Assembly (NCBI GenBank): GCA_965204785.1
Contig: OZ242015.1
Span: 3,490,575 to 3,554,574, forward strand
DNA length: 64,000 nt
From: Alphaproteobacteria bacterium
GTDB lineage: Bacteria > Pseudomonadota > Alphaproteobacteria > SP197
Reading direction: 5' to 3'
The number at the start of each line of letters is the position of its first letter. The first letter of the stretch is position 1. The translations under genes were made by a program, and so were the position numbers. Shown piece after piece: positions 1-9,371 of the stretch. The notes under the pieces were generated by a model. It was given only the letters and a program-made list of their open reading frames with translations. It had not been told where the DNA came from and did not search any database.

Positions 1-662
1 AGCGTCGAGACGATCGACCAGCGATCCATCTGGCCCTGGTTGATCTGCTGGATGCCGTGATAGAGCCCTGTTGTGTCGCCCAGGCCGACCGTGTTGGCGG
101 TCGAGAACAGGCGGAACGACTTGTTGGGATGGATAACCTTGTTCTGGTCCAGCAGGGTCATCTTGCCCTGCACTTCCAGGACACGCTGGATGACGAACAT
201 GACGTCGGGACGGCCTGCGTCGTATTCGTCGAAGACGAGTGCGATCGGATGCTGGATCGCCCAGGGCAGGATGCCCTCGCGATATTCGGTCACCTGCTTG
301 CCATCGCGCAGCACGATAGCGTCTTTGCCGATGAGGTCGATACGGCTGATATGGCTGTCCAGATTTACGCGGATACAGGGCCAGTTGAGGTGCGCGGCGA
401 CCTGCTCGATATGGGTCGACTTGCCGGTGCCGTGATAGCCTTGGATCATGACGCGGCGGTTGTGCGCGAAGCCCGCAAGAATCGCAAGGGTCGTCTGAGG
501 GTCGAAGACGTAGGCTTCGTCCACTTCGGGCACATGCTCCGTGCGTTTCGAATAGGCTGGTACCTCCATGGTGGTGTCCACGCCGAACGTCTTTTTGGCG
601 TTCACGGTGGTGTCGGGGGGCCCTTCGGGAAGCAGGTCGATTTCGCTGGATTCTTTCGCCAT
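1..662 (-). CDS. cobS: Aerobic cobaltochelatase subunit CobS (MoxR-like AAA ATPase), 3' part cut by the window edge
   Basis: Reverse-strand translation MAKESSEIDLLPEGPPDTTVNAKKTFGVD...GYHGTGKSTHIEQVAAHLNWPCIRVNLDSH matches CobS, with a Walker A GTGKST. The start codon is at 660-662. Confidence 0.8.
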   Translation of the reverse strand, partial: MAKESSEIDLLPEGPPDTTVNAKKTFGVDTTMEVPAYSKRTEHVPEVDEAYVFDPQTTLAILAGFAHNRRVMIQGYHGTGKSTHIEQVAAHLNWPCIRVNLDSHISRIDLIGKDAIVLRDGKQVTEYREGILPWAIQHPIALVFDEYDAGRPDVMFVIQRVLEVQGKMTLLDQNKVIHPNKSFRLFSTANTVGLGDTTGLYHGIQQINQGQMDRWSIVST

Positions 663-817
663 CTCTCACACGTCGTCTTGATGATTGTGGAAGCGGGTCG
701 CTGCATGCCGGACCGCTACGACCGTTTACGCCGGCCCGGGAATCGGATCAGAGAGTTCCGCGAAACGGGCGCTACATTGGCACGGGGTCAGGGCCACACA
801 CAAGTCGCGAAACACGC

Positions 818-1411
818 TCAGGTCTCGGCTCCCCGCGTCAAACGCCTATAGGCCCAGATGACCTCGCGCAGACGCTCCTCGGCCTCCTTGTCGCCGCCGT
901 TGAGATCGGGGTGACAGGCCTTCACTTCTTCCTTGAAGCGTCGCTTGATTTCGGTGTTTTCCGCACCCTGCTTGAGTTTCAGGATGTCCAAGGCCCGGCG
1001 CTCCTCGGCCAGGGTTCCCGCATCCTGGGACGGGGGAGTTTTGTTTCCCGCCCCGCCCTGTTCGTAGCGCGAAAAGCCGAACGGATCCTTGAAGCTGTCG
1101 TTGATGAACGCCTCGCGGAAGGCACGGCTTTTCAGCATGTGTTCGTCGGGCCGCCAAGTCTTGCGGTGCCAGGAAAGGTCGGCCTGCCGATAGGCCTCGA
1201 TCTCGTCCTGATTCCATCCCTCGAAGTAGTTCCAGGACTTGTTGAAGTCGCGGATATGGTCCAGGCAGAAGTGTTGATACTCGTTGATCCGATGACGCGA
1301 GATGGGTGCGCGGTGTTCGCCCGCTTCCGTGCAGCCCGGCCACGCGCAGGGCTTGACATCGCTCTGATCGAACGTGTCGAAGGCCGATTGGGGACGTGAA
1401 CGTGCCATCAT
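818..1411 (-). CDS. J-domain (DnaJ-like) protein
   Basis: The C-terminal J domain reads ILKLKQGAENTEIKRRFKEEVKACHPDLNGGDKEAEERLREVIWAY, with an HPD motif. The start is MMARSRPQ. This is the typical gene between cobS and bolA in alphaproteobacteria. Confidence 0.7.
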   Translation of the reverse strand: MMARSRPQSAFDTFDQSDVKPCAWPGCTEAGEHRAPISRHRINEYQHFCLDHIRDFNKSWNYFEGWNQDEIEAYRQADLSWHRKTWRPDEHMLKSRAFREAFINDSFKDPFGFSRYEQGGAGNKTPPSQDAGTLAEERRALDILKLKQGAENTEIKRRFKEEVKACHPDLNGGDKEAEERLREVIWAYRRLTRGAET

Positions 1412-1492
1412 CGGAGTATGGGGAGGCCGTTGGGGCCTTGCAAGGTGCCCGCTGGCAGGCCACCTATGCGCAGGAACCATGGAGGCTTCACG

Positions 1493-1768
1493 ATGCGCGT
1501 GGCAACGGCGATCCAGACCAAACTCCAGGCTACCCTTGCGCCCGAACGCTTCGAGGTGATCGATGAATCCCACCACCATGCCGGCCACGCCGGCGCGCGC
1601 CCCGAAGGTGAGAGCCATTTCCGCGTCGAGGTGGTCTCGTCCGCTTTCGAAGGCCTCAACCGCATCGCCCGCCAACGCCTGATCTACAAGGCGCTCGCCG
1701 AAGAGATGGCCACCGACATCCACGCCCTCGCCATCGACGCCAGGACACCGGACGAAGCTGCTTCCTGA
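1493..1768 (+). CDS. bolA: BolA family transcriptional regulator
   Basis: MRVATAIQTKLQATLAPERFEVIDESHHHAGHAG...FEGLNRIARQRLIYKAL carries the BolA signature. Confidence 0.8.
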   Translation: MRVATAIQTKLQATLAPERFEVIDESHHHAGHAGARPEGESHFRVEVVSSAFEGLNRIARQRLIYKALAEEMATDIHALAIDARTPDEAAS

Positions 1769-1936
1769 ATGATGTCCTCCCGGAAACCGCCCTCGATCCG
1801 GTCGAGGGTAAAACTCCGCGGTTATCCGGGATCTCGTCATGACGACGTTCGGCGGCGAGAGCGGAGCGGCGGCCGCCGACCGGTGTGACCGCATCGGCGC
1901 ATGAGCCAAGCGCACGGAGTGCGCGCCGGTGCCTGA

Positions 1937-1972
1937 GGCTCACAAAAAAACCGGCCAGGACGCATCCGGTCA
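1937..1972 (-). terminator. Putative rho-independent terminator after the racemase-family gene
   Basis: The minus strand reads CCGG-ATGCGTCCTGG-CCGG followed by T7 (A7 on the plus strand at 1944-1950), immediately after the stop codon. Confidence 0.4.
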
Positions 1973-2761
1973 GCGTACCGCGTTCAAACCCGGCTTTGCA
2001 GCCAGACCACCCAGATATCCCGGCACCCGACCTTCCAGGCCAAGATGCCCGATCGCGGCATGCATCATGGCTTGGTTGCTGGCGATGTAGGGTTTGCCGG
2101 TTGCCGCCTCCAGGTCCTCGATCACCTCGAGCGCGCGCATGTCGGTGCACGACATGACGACGGCATCTGCGTGGTTGTGGCAGGCGCGCCGGCCGAGATC
2201 GAAGACGGCGTCGGGCTTGAGATCGCTCTGGCCGTAGTTGCCGAGATCCTCGCCGATATAGGCCGAATGGATCACCTGACGCCCGCACGCGCCCAGAAAT
2301 GCGGCAGCCTCGCGGTTGAGTTCTTCCGTATAGGGCGAACAGAAACCGATGGTATGGGCATTGAGGATGTTCAGCGCTTCGACGAGCGCGCCTGCGGCGG
2401 TGACGGCGGGAACGCCGGCGCGCGCTTCGATCATCCCACAGAATTCGCGGTCGTAGTCGGGACCCATGGAAAGCGTGGCCGAGGTGCAGCCGTAGAGCAC
2501 GATATCGGGCCGCACGGCGCAGAGGTCGTCGAGCACCCGGTCCAGCGAGGCAAGCGCGAACTGCCGCATCTGCTCGGAATCGGGCACCTTGTCGAGGTCG
2601 TAACCGCCGGCGCGCTGGAAGTGGAGCGATGCGCCTGGCGGGCGCATCAGCATCATGTCGGGTTCCAGATTGGCGTTGCTGACCGGAGCGATGACGCCGA
2701 TTCGCGCCCGCCCGCGTGAAGGATAACGGTCGGACGTCCGGACGTTCTGATTCATGGTCAC
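1970..2761 (-). CDS. Asp/Glu/hydantoin racemase superfamily protein (maleate isomerase / arylmalonate decarboxylase-like)
   Basis: It is 263 aa with two conserved Cys motifs, LYGCTSATLSMG and VVMSCTDMRALE, spaced as in the maleate isomerase/AMDase fold. Confidence 0.55.
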   Translation of the reverse strand: MTMNQNVRTSDRYPSRGRARIGVIAPVSNANLEPDMMLMRPPGASLHFQRAGGYDLDKVPDSEQMRQFALASLDRVLDDLCAVRPDIVLYGCTSATLSMGPDYDREFCGMIEARAGVPAVTAAGALVEALNILNAHTIGFCSPYTEELNREAAAFLGACGRQVIHSAYIGEDLGNYGQSDLKPDAVFDLGRRACHNHADAVVMSCTDMRALEVIEDLEAATGKPYIASNQAMMHAAIGHLGLEGRVPGYLGGLAAKPGLNAVR

Positions 2762-2778
2762 CGTTTCCCCCGGTGGGC

Positions 2779-3354
2779 CTACTCCGCCGCGTCCTCGCTG
2801 GCGGAGCCAGTGTACCAGTCAGGATACTCCATTTTCACGACCGGCGAGTCGCTGGCCCAGGTGTGGCAGCCGTCCAGCATGAAAGGGCGGCGTCCCGGCT
2901 TGTCGTCAACTTCCAGGCCTTCGCGGCGCTTGCGCCCGTAAACCGCCTGATAGGCGACCGTGGCCATGCGGCCCAGCATCTCGCGCATGTGGGTGCAGCC
3001 GTGGGTGCCGCCCAGCAGGGTGCGGATCTGCTTGTTCCAGCCCGGGCCGATGGTGGCGCCGATCAGTTTCTTGTGGTCGGACTCGATGCGGTTGCACATG
3101 GCGTACGGCGTGTGGTCCATGGCTGCCTCGACGTCGCGTACGGCGAAATCGGCATCAATCGTCAGGCGGATCCACATGCCGTGGATCGGCTCCCTGGCTT
3201 CGACACGGCCCCGGTCGCGGTTGGCGAAGCCATAGGTTTTCACATCGGTCAGATGGGCCTCGATATCCCACAGGTCATCTTCGCGTTCGTAGGCGTGACA
3301 GACGATCTCGCGCGTATGGATGTGCTTGCGCGGAGCCGGATCAAGCAGGGGCAT
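2779..3354 (-). CDS. DUF2889-like hypothetical protein
   Basis: A 191-aa soluble protein with a GGTHGCTHMREMLG motif and no recognisable catalytic domain. The DUF2889 assignment is from memory only. Confidence 0.4.
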   Translation of the reverse strand: MPLLDPAPRKHIHTREIVCHAYEREDDLWDIEAHLTDVKTYGFANRDRGRVEAREPIHGMWIRLTIDADFAVRDVEAAMDHTPYAMCNRIESDHKKLIGATIGPGWNKQIRTLLGGTHGCTHMREMLGRMATVAYQAVYGRKRREGLEVDDKPGRRPFMLDGCHTWASDSPVVKMEYPDWYTGSASEDAAE

Positions 3355-3428
3355 GGGAGCGTTCCGCTTCTATTGTGCACTGCAGCATACGGGCGCAGGT
3401 GCGCGTATGGCAAGGACCCTGATCGGCG

Positions 3429-4325
3429 CTAAAACTCCGCCATCCACCAGGAGAGTGGCACCAGAGCGGGCAGAAGCGCCAGCGTGACCACGGTCGAGAG
3501 CACGATGTAGCTCGCGACCTCGCCGGGCGAGCGGTCGTATCGCACGGCCGCGAGATAGTTGAAGACCGCGCCGGGCATGCAGCAGGCGATCGTCACGACG
3601 CCGCGCGCGATGCCTTCCAGGCCGAGCAGTTCGCACAGGCCGAACGCCACGGCGAACCCCAGAAGCAGGCGCAGCACCACGACCGTGAGCGGGCGCGCGA
3701 AGGCGACGACCTTCATGCGGGTCAGCGAGACGCCCAACATGATCAGCATCAGCGGGATGGTCATGTCGCCCAGCAGATCGGTCGTGTTGGTCAGCCACGC
3801 GGGCGGGGTCGTGTCGGTCAGCGTGAACGCCAGCGCCACGGAAATGGCATAGATATGCGGTGTCTTCAGCATCTTCAGCGGGGATGCCTGGCCCGACATG
3901 AGCCAGAAATGGATGGTGAAGAAGAGCACCGATTGGGTGGCGAACATGATGATCGCCAGTTCCAGACCGGCATCGCCGAAGGCGAAGAGATTGAGCGGCA
4001 GGCCGAGATTGCCCAGGTTGCCGAAAACGACCGGCGGCAGGTACACGTCTGTGGAGAGACCCACGGCGCGCAGCAGCACCCAGCCGCTGCCCAGGAAGGC
4101 CAGCATCATCAGCACGGCGGCCAGCGCCATGACGCCCAGCTCCAGGGTCGGCACCGAAAGCGTCGAAAGCGTCGAGAAGACCAGGCAGGGCGTGCCGACG
4201 TTAAGAATGACCTGCGTCATGCTGCCCGGATCGACCGGATTGCCCCAGCGCGCCCAGCCGATGCCCACCAGGATCGCGATCGAGATCGGCGTCAGAACCG
4301 GGACAAGGGCAGGGATCAGGTCCAA
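3429..4325 (-). CDS. AEC (auxin efflux carrier) family transporter
   Basis: A 298-aa polytopic membrane protein with ~10 TM segments and the MDLIPALVPV...LLPALVPLSWW pattern typical of the AEC family. Confidence 0.65.
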   Translation of the reverse strand: MDLIPALVPVLTPISIAILVGIGWARWGNPVDPGSMTQVILNVGTPCLVFSTLSTLSVPTLELGVMALAAVLMMLAFLGSGWVLLRAVGLSTDVYLPPVVFGNLGNLGLPLNLFAFGDAGLELAIIMFATQSVLFFTIHFWLMSGQASPLKMLKTPHIYAISVALAFTLTDTTPPAWLTNTTDLLGDMTIPLMLIMLGVSLTRMKVVAFARPLTVVVLRLLLGFAVAFGLCELLGLEGIARGVVTIACCMPGAVFNYLAAVRYDRSPGEVASYIVLSTVVTLALLPALVPLSWWMAEF

Positions 4326-4337
4326 GAGACCGGCCGA

Positions 4338-5627
4338 TCAGTCCGTGTCGTCGTCATCGTCGCTCTCGTCCTCGCCCAAGGGCGTGACCCTAAGCTGGGT
4401 GATCTGGTTGCGCTGGCGTTCCGTCACCTCGAAGCGGAAGCCGTGAAAGACGAAGATCTGCCCCACTTCTGGGATCAGTTGCGCCTCGTGGATGACCAGG
4501 CCCGCAATGGTCGTGGCTTCCTCGTCGGGCAGGTTCCAGTCGAACTCCCGGTTGATGTCACGCAGGGTCGCCGCACCCTCGACCGTGATCGAACCGTCCT
4601 CGGCCATCGCCGTGTCGGCTGCGGCCACGTCATGTTCGTCCTCGATCTCACCGACGATCTCTTCCAGGATGTCTTCGAGTGTCACCAGGCCCATCAGCGT
4701 GCTGTATTCGTCGACCACCAGGGCGAAGTGGGCATGGCGTTCGCGGAAGGCGGAAAGCTGTTCGGAAAGGGTTGTGGTATCGGGCACGAACCAGGGTTCG
4801 CTGGCGGTCTCCATGATCTCGAGACCTTCGCTGCTACCCTCGCGGCGATAGAGTTCGCGCAGCAGGTTCTTGGCGTGCAGCACGCCGACGATCTCGTCGG
4901 GATCGTCGCGATAGAGCGGGATACGCGTGAAGGGGCTGGTCAGCACCGCTTCGATGATGTCCTCGACATCGCCGTCCGCGTTGATCGTCTCCATGGCCCG
5001 GCGGTGGGTCATGACCTCGCTCACCTCGACCTGGCCCAGGTCCAGCACGCCGTCCAGCATGGCGTGTTCGTCCTTCACCAGCCCGCCCTCGTGTTTGTAG
5101 AGCGCCAGCGTGCCGCGGATTTCCTCTTCCGAGTCGGTCATGTCGTCCTCGCTTCTGGTTCCCAGAATACGGAACATGAAGATGACGATGGCCTGCAGGG
5201 CGTGGGTCACCGGCCGGGCGGTCCACACGACGGCCTTCATGAAGGGGGCGACCGTCAGGGCAACGCGTTCGGCATTGCGGATGGCATAGGTTTTAGGCAG
5301 GACCTCGGCGAAGATCACGACCAGAACGGTCATGCCCGTCGTGGCGTAAACCACGCCCGCCTCGCCGACCAGCGCGGTGAAGGCATAGGTTGCCATGGAC
5401 GCGGCGGCGATGTTGAACAGGTTGTTGCCCAGAAGGATCGAGCCAATCAGGCGCTCGCGATCCTGCATCAGCGCATTCACCTTGGTGGCATTCTTGTTGC
5501 CGGAGATTTCGAGCGCGTGAATTTTCGAACGGTTGGCCGCGGTCAATGCGGTTTCCGATCCCGAGAGGACGCCTGAAAGGACCATGAAGATCACGATCAG
5601 GACAATGAAGAGTTCGATAACACCCAT
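4338..5627 (-). CDS. HlyC/CorC family transporter (CNNM: DUF21 + tandem CBS + CorC_HlyC)
   Basis: An N-terminal DUF21 TM region (ETALTAANRSKIH), a CBS pair, a C-terminal CorC domain (LIPEVGQIFVFHGFRFEV), and an acidic tail. Confidence 0.8.
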   Translation of the reverse strand: MGVIELFIVLIVIFMVLSGVLSGSETALTAANRSKIHALEISGNKNATKVNALMQDRERLIGSILLGNNLFNIAAASMATYAFTALVGEAGVVYATTGMTVLVVIFAEVLPKTYAIRNAERVALTVAPFMKAVVWTARPVTHALQAIVIFMFRILGTRSEDDMTDSEEEIRGTLALYKHEGGLVKDEHAMLDGVLDLGQVEVSEVMTHRRAMETINADGDVEDIIEAVLTSPFTRIPLYRDDPDEIVGVLHAKNLLRELYRREGSSEGLEIMETASEPWFVPDTTTLSEQLSAFRERHAHFALVVDEYSTLMGLVTLEDILEEIVGEIEDEHDVAAADTAMAEDGSITVEGAATLRDINREFDWNLPDEEATTIAGLVIHEAQLIPEVGQIFVFHGFRFEVTERQRNQITQLRVTPLGEDESDDDDDTD

Positions 5628-5666
5628 GGCTGGTCCATGTGTCGTTGAAAACGGGTTGAAGCCGCG

Positions 5667-6797
5667 TCAGACCGCGGCGGAGGGATTGGCAAGCATGTCG
5701 GCAAGAAACGCCCGCACGGCGTCGGGTTCGACATCGCGGGTCAGGAAGGCTTCGCCGATGCCCTTGAGCAGGACAAACGTAACCCTGTCGTCCTGCACTT
5801 TCTTGTCCTGGCCCATATGGTCGACGAGTGCTGCGGCGTCCAGACCTTTGAGGCCCAGCTCCTGCGGATGGACCGGCAGGCCGACCTGCCGGAAATGACG
5901 TTCGGCGCGCTCGGCGTCCTGGCCCGTGCACAGGCCGCGGCTGGATGAAAGCCGCAGGGCCATGATCGTGCCAATGGCTACAGCCTCGCCGTGCAGCAGG
6001 TCGCCGCCGAACCCGACGGCAATCTCCAGCGCATGGCCGAAGGTGTGGCCGAGATTGAGCAGCGCCCGCTCGCCCGCTTCCTTTTCGTCGGCCGCGACGA
6101 TGCGCGCCTTGGCGCGGCAGCTTTCCAGGACAGCATGGCGTTGTGCCCCCGCATCGCCCGCCACGACCGCCGCACCGTGGTTCTCGAGCCATTCGAAGAA
6201 CACGCGATCACCCAGCAGGCCGTACTTCACGATTTCGGCATAGCCTGCCAGCAGTTCACGCCGGGGCAGGGTTGCCAGAACGCCGGTATCGGCCAGGACC
6301 AGGCGCGGCTGATGAAAGGCGCCGACCAGATTCTTGCCGTGGCGCGTGTCGATGCCGGTCTTGCCGCCCACCGAACTGTCGACTTGGGCGAGCAGCGTAG
6401 TGGGGATCTGCACAAAGTCGATGCCGCGGCGCAGCACGCTGGCGGCAAAGCCAGTCAGGTCGCCGATCACACCGCCGCCCAGGGCGACTGCTGTGTCGCG
6501 GCGCTCAAGCCCCAGATCCAGCAGTTTCGTCACAAGCTCCTCGAAATGCGCGAAATCCTTGGTCTGCTCTCCGGGTGGCAGGACGATGGTGTCATGGCGG
6601 ATGCCGTCGGCATCAAGCGCCTTGCGCAGCGTTTCGAGATGCAGGCCCGCAACGTTCTCATCCGTGATGATGGCGACGTGCTCGCGTCTCAGGACAGGCG
6701 CCATGTGCCGGCCGGCGCTGGCGACGAGTTCCTCGCCCACAAGAATGTCATAGGCCCGCCCGTCCAGCGGCACGTTCAGGGTTTCGTGACCGGTCAT
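5667..6797 (-). CDS. aroB: 3-dehydroquinate synthase
   Basis: GGGVIGDLTGFAA, VDSSVGGKTGI and HTFGHALE motifs are present. The start overlaps the aroK stop as ATGA. Confidence 0.9.
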   Translation of the reverse strand: MTGHETLNVPLDGRAYDILVGEELVASAGRHMAPVLRREHVAIITDENVAGLHLETLRKALDADGIRHDTIVLPPGEQTKDFAHFEELVTKLLDLGLERRDTAVALGGGVIGDLTGFAASVLRRGIDFVQIPTTLLAQVDSSVGGKTGIDTRHGKNLVGAFHQPRLVLADTGVLATLPRRELLAGYAEIVKYGLLGDRVFFEWLENHGAAVVAGDAGAQRHAVLESCRAKARIVAADEKEAGERALLNLGHTFGHALEIAVGFGGDLLHGEAVAIGTIMALRLSSSRGLCTGQDAERAERHFRQVGLPVHPQELGLKGLDAAALVDHMGQDKKVQDDRVTFVLLKGIGEAFLTRDVEPDAVRAFLADMLANPSAAV

Positions 6798-7342
6798 GCC
6801 GCCTCACGTTCGCGCAGGCTTTCGAGGATGCGGTCGACGACGGCCTCGTGCGGTCCTTCGTTGCTGTCGATCACGATATCGGCCGTGCCGTATATCGGGT
6901 AACGCTCGGCGATCAGCCGTTCCATGATGGCGCGCGGATCGCCCTTTTTGAGCAGCGGGCGGTTGTCGCGTTTGGAGACCCGGGTCATCAGGAGATCGAG
7001 ATCGGCGCGCAGCCAGATGGAAATGGCGCGCGCCTGGATGCGCTGGCGCGTTTCGGGGTTCATGAAGGCACCTCCGCCGGTCGCCAGCACTTTGGGTTTG
7101 TCGCACAGCAGGCGCGCGATGACGCGCCGTTCCCCGTTGCGAAAGGCCGCTTCGCCGTGGCGCTCGAAAATCTCGGGAATCGTGCTGCCCGCGGCTGCCT
7201 CGATCTCGGTATCGGCGTCGACAAAGGGAATATCTAGACGCGCCGCGAGACGGCGCCCGATGGTCGACTTTCCAGCGCCCATGAGGCCAACCAGGGCAAT
7301 CGTCCGGTCAGGTCGGGGAAGTTCGTTTTCGCTCAGGTGCAT
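6794..7342 (-). CDS. aroK: Shikimate kinase
   Basis: IALVGLMGAGKSTIGRRLA is the Walker A, and DADTEIE follows. The true start MHLSENEL is at 7340-7342 inside the longer listed ORF. Confidence 0.85.
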   Translation of the reverse strand: MHLSENELPRPDRTIALVGLMGAGKSTIGRRLAARLDIPFVDADTEIEAAAGSTIPEIFERHGEAAFRNGERRVIARLLCDKPKVLATGGGAFMNPETRQRIQARAISIWLRADLDLLMTRVSKRDNRPLLKKGDPRAIMERLIAERYPIYGTADIVIDSNEGPHEAVVDRILESLREREAA

Positions 7343-7457
7343 GGATTGTGTGTTGATAGGCTGCGCCCGCTCATGTCGCGGCGATTGCCGCATCGACGCC
7401 ATAATGCGATAGTAACATACATTCCACACAATTTCCCATGGATGCACCGCCGGTTTC

Positions 7458-7598
7458 ATGCGCTTTCTGGTTCGACTGCTTGTGCTGTTGACGATTGTCG
7501 TCCTGGTGGGCGGCGTTGTCTTTCTTGCTACCTGGGACATTCCCCCGCCCACGCACCAAGTCGAAAAGACCGTACCCAATGACCATTTCGATCCCTGA
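7458..7598 (+). CDS. Candidate small membrane protein (46 aa)
   Basis: An ATG-initiated ORF, MRFLVRLLVLLTIVVLVGGVVFLATWDIPPPTHQVEKTVPNDHFDP, with a single TM helix. It sits in the aroK/hypothetical divergent intergenic region and overlaps the start of the next gene by 20 nt. It is not in the ORF track. Confidence 0.25.
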   Translation: MRFLVRLLVLLTIVVLVGGVVFLATWDIPPPTHQVEKTVPNDHFDP

Positions 7599-9357
7599 GC
7601 GCATTCTGGCACTTGGCGCTGCCGGGCTGATGACGCTCGGCCTGTCTGCTGCACAGGCCCAGACCGACACCGACAACCAGCCCCTGCTCATCATTCCCTT
7701 GGGCGAATCCGAGGTGGTGGGCGGAACCTTCGTTGATTCGGGTACCGGCGGGTCCGGCTTGGTTGTGGAATCTCTGGAACCGGTCAGCGCGAATGCCGCG
7801 GGAACGCTGGATGTGCAGGCCGGGGGGTTCGGCATGGGCCTGTGGGATGGCGCCGATGCCCAGCTCATCGGCGTCCTGCTGCCGCGTCTGCCCGGCGGGA
7901 CCGGGTCGGAAGTCATGACCAGCCTGGGACGCCGGCTTTTACTCAGTGCTGCGCGTGCGCCCAAGGGCGACGTCGACGACCTGCTGGGCTGGCGCATCGA
8001 CCGGCTGATCGCGCTGGGTCTTCAGGATGACGTGCCGGACCTCATTGCCAGCGCCGGCCAGCATGCGCTCACGCCGTTCGGCCACAAGGGACGCGTCGAC
8101 GCCCTGCTGCTTGCCGGCGAGCATGAACGGGCCTGCCGGGCCGCGCAGGACGCGGTGATTTCAAGCGATGATCCGGAGGTCGAACTGACGCTCATCTATT
8201 GCCAGCGTCTGGCCGGACAAGACGCCGCCGCGGCTCTGGGCCTCGCTATTCTCCAGGATACCGGGGGCGAGGTGGACGAACGTTTTCTCGTTTTGGACCG
8301 CGCGTTGAAGAACGGTGAACCCGCCATGGTCGAAACCCTCGCGGGCGCCTCGCCCCTGCTGCTTGCCATGACGCTTTCGACCGGCGCACGGCTCTCGCCC
8401 GGTCTCCTGGCAAGCGCTCCGGCGCCGGTTCTGCGTGCCGTGGCGATGCATGAGTCGCTACCTCTCGAAACGCGCCTGCGCGCGGGTGAGGCCGCCGTGG
8501 CGGCCGGCGCCATGACCGGACATGATCTGGGCATGCTCTACCAGTCGGCGACCTTCAGTGCCGACCAGATCGTCAACGCGCTGTCCCGTGCCGGCAGCAC
8601 CGGCGGTCCGCTGGACCGTGCGCTGTTGTTCCAGGTGGCTACCGGCCAGCCCCTGCCGGGCGACAAGGCCGAAGCGCTGGCCGCGATGCTGCGTCACGGC
8701 GCCGACGAGGACGGGCAAGCCGGTTTCCTCCCGGCCGCTCGTGTGGCGGCGTCCGTGATCGCCGGCGTGACACCCGGTTCGGAATTTTCGTGGTTTGCCG
8801 GTGACGCCTCCATGGCGCTTCTGGCTGCGGGCGAGCCCGAGGCCGGCGCGCGCTGGTGGCCGCTCCTGGAAAGCCGTGCGCGTAACGATGAAGTCGCCGC
8901 CGCCCAAGTTGCCGCCTTGTGGCCCATGTTCCGCCTGGCCTTCGGGGAGCAGCTTCCCGACGACGGCACGAACATGCGCCGCTGGTGGGATGCCAGCGCG
9001 CGCCTGGCTCCCGACCGGGTGGCCTATCAGGCCGAGATCTATCTCTCCCTTCTCGCCGCGCTGAATGATCGTGCCGGCAACAGCTTAGTGGTGGAAGCGA
9101 TTGCCTCGCCTCCGCCGCAGGCGGCCGGAAACAGGGATTCCAGCCTCTTGGGCGTGCTGCTGGCCTTTGATCGCGCCGTTGAGGAAGGCAGGCTGGGCGA
9201 GGCCGTGCTGCTTGCCCTGATCGCGCTGGGCCCGGAAGGACCCGCGGGCGCCGGTCCGCTGGTCCTGCGTATGGTGGTGAAGGGGCTCAAGCAACTGGGT
9301 CTGGGGCTTGAGGCGCGGCTGATCGCGCTGGAAGCGGCCTTTGCCAACGGCATCTAA
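7579..9357 (+). CDS. Hypothetical secreted Ala/Leu-rich protein
   Basis: It has a signal peptide, MTISIPERILALGAAGLMTLGLSAAQAQ, and is 592 aa with no recognisable domain. The listed ORF start at 7495 is an upstream extension. Confidence 0.5.
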   Translation: MTISIPERILALGAAGLMTLGLSAAQAQTDTDNQPLLIIPLGESEVVGGTFVDSGTGGSGLVVESLEPVSANAAGTLDVQAGGFGMGLWDGADAQLIGVLLPRLPGGTGSEVMTSLGRRLLLSAARAPKGDVDDLLGWRIDRLIALGLQDDVPDLIASAGQHALTPFGHKGRVDALLLAGEHERACRAAQDAVISSDDPEVELTLIYCQRLAGQDAAAALGLAILQDTGGEVDERFLVLDRALKNGEPAMVETLAGASPLLLAMTLSTGARLSPGLLASAPAPVLRAVAMHESLPLETRLRAGEAAVAAGAMTGHDLGMLYQSATFSADQIVNALSRAGSTGGPLDRALLFQVATGQPLPGDKAEALAAMLRHGADEDGQAGFLPAARVAASVIAGVTPGSEFSWFAGDASMALLAAGEPEAGARWWPLLESRARNDEVAAAQVAALWPMFRLAFGEQLPDDGTNMRRWWDASARLAPDRVAYQAEIYLSLLAALNDRAGNSLVVEAIASPPPQAAGNRDSSLLGVLLAFDRAVEEGRLGEAVLLALIALGPEGPAGAGPLVLRMVVKGLKQLGLGLEARLIALEAAFANGI

Positions 9358-9371
9358 GCCCGGTCCGGCCG

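Noticed and set aside
3855-5576. Large Arg/His/Asp-rich ORFs overlapping real genes on the opposite strand (also 12554-14611, 40076-42703, 59365-61365, 54416-56239)
   Set aside because: They are antisense shadows of CorC, secA, the SPFH genes, yidC and dapE, typical of high-GC genomes.
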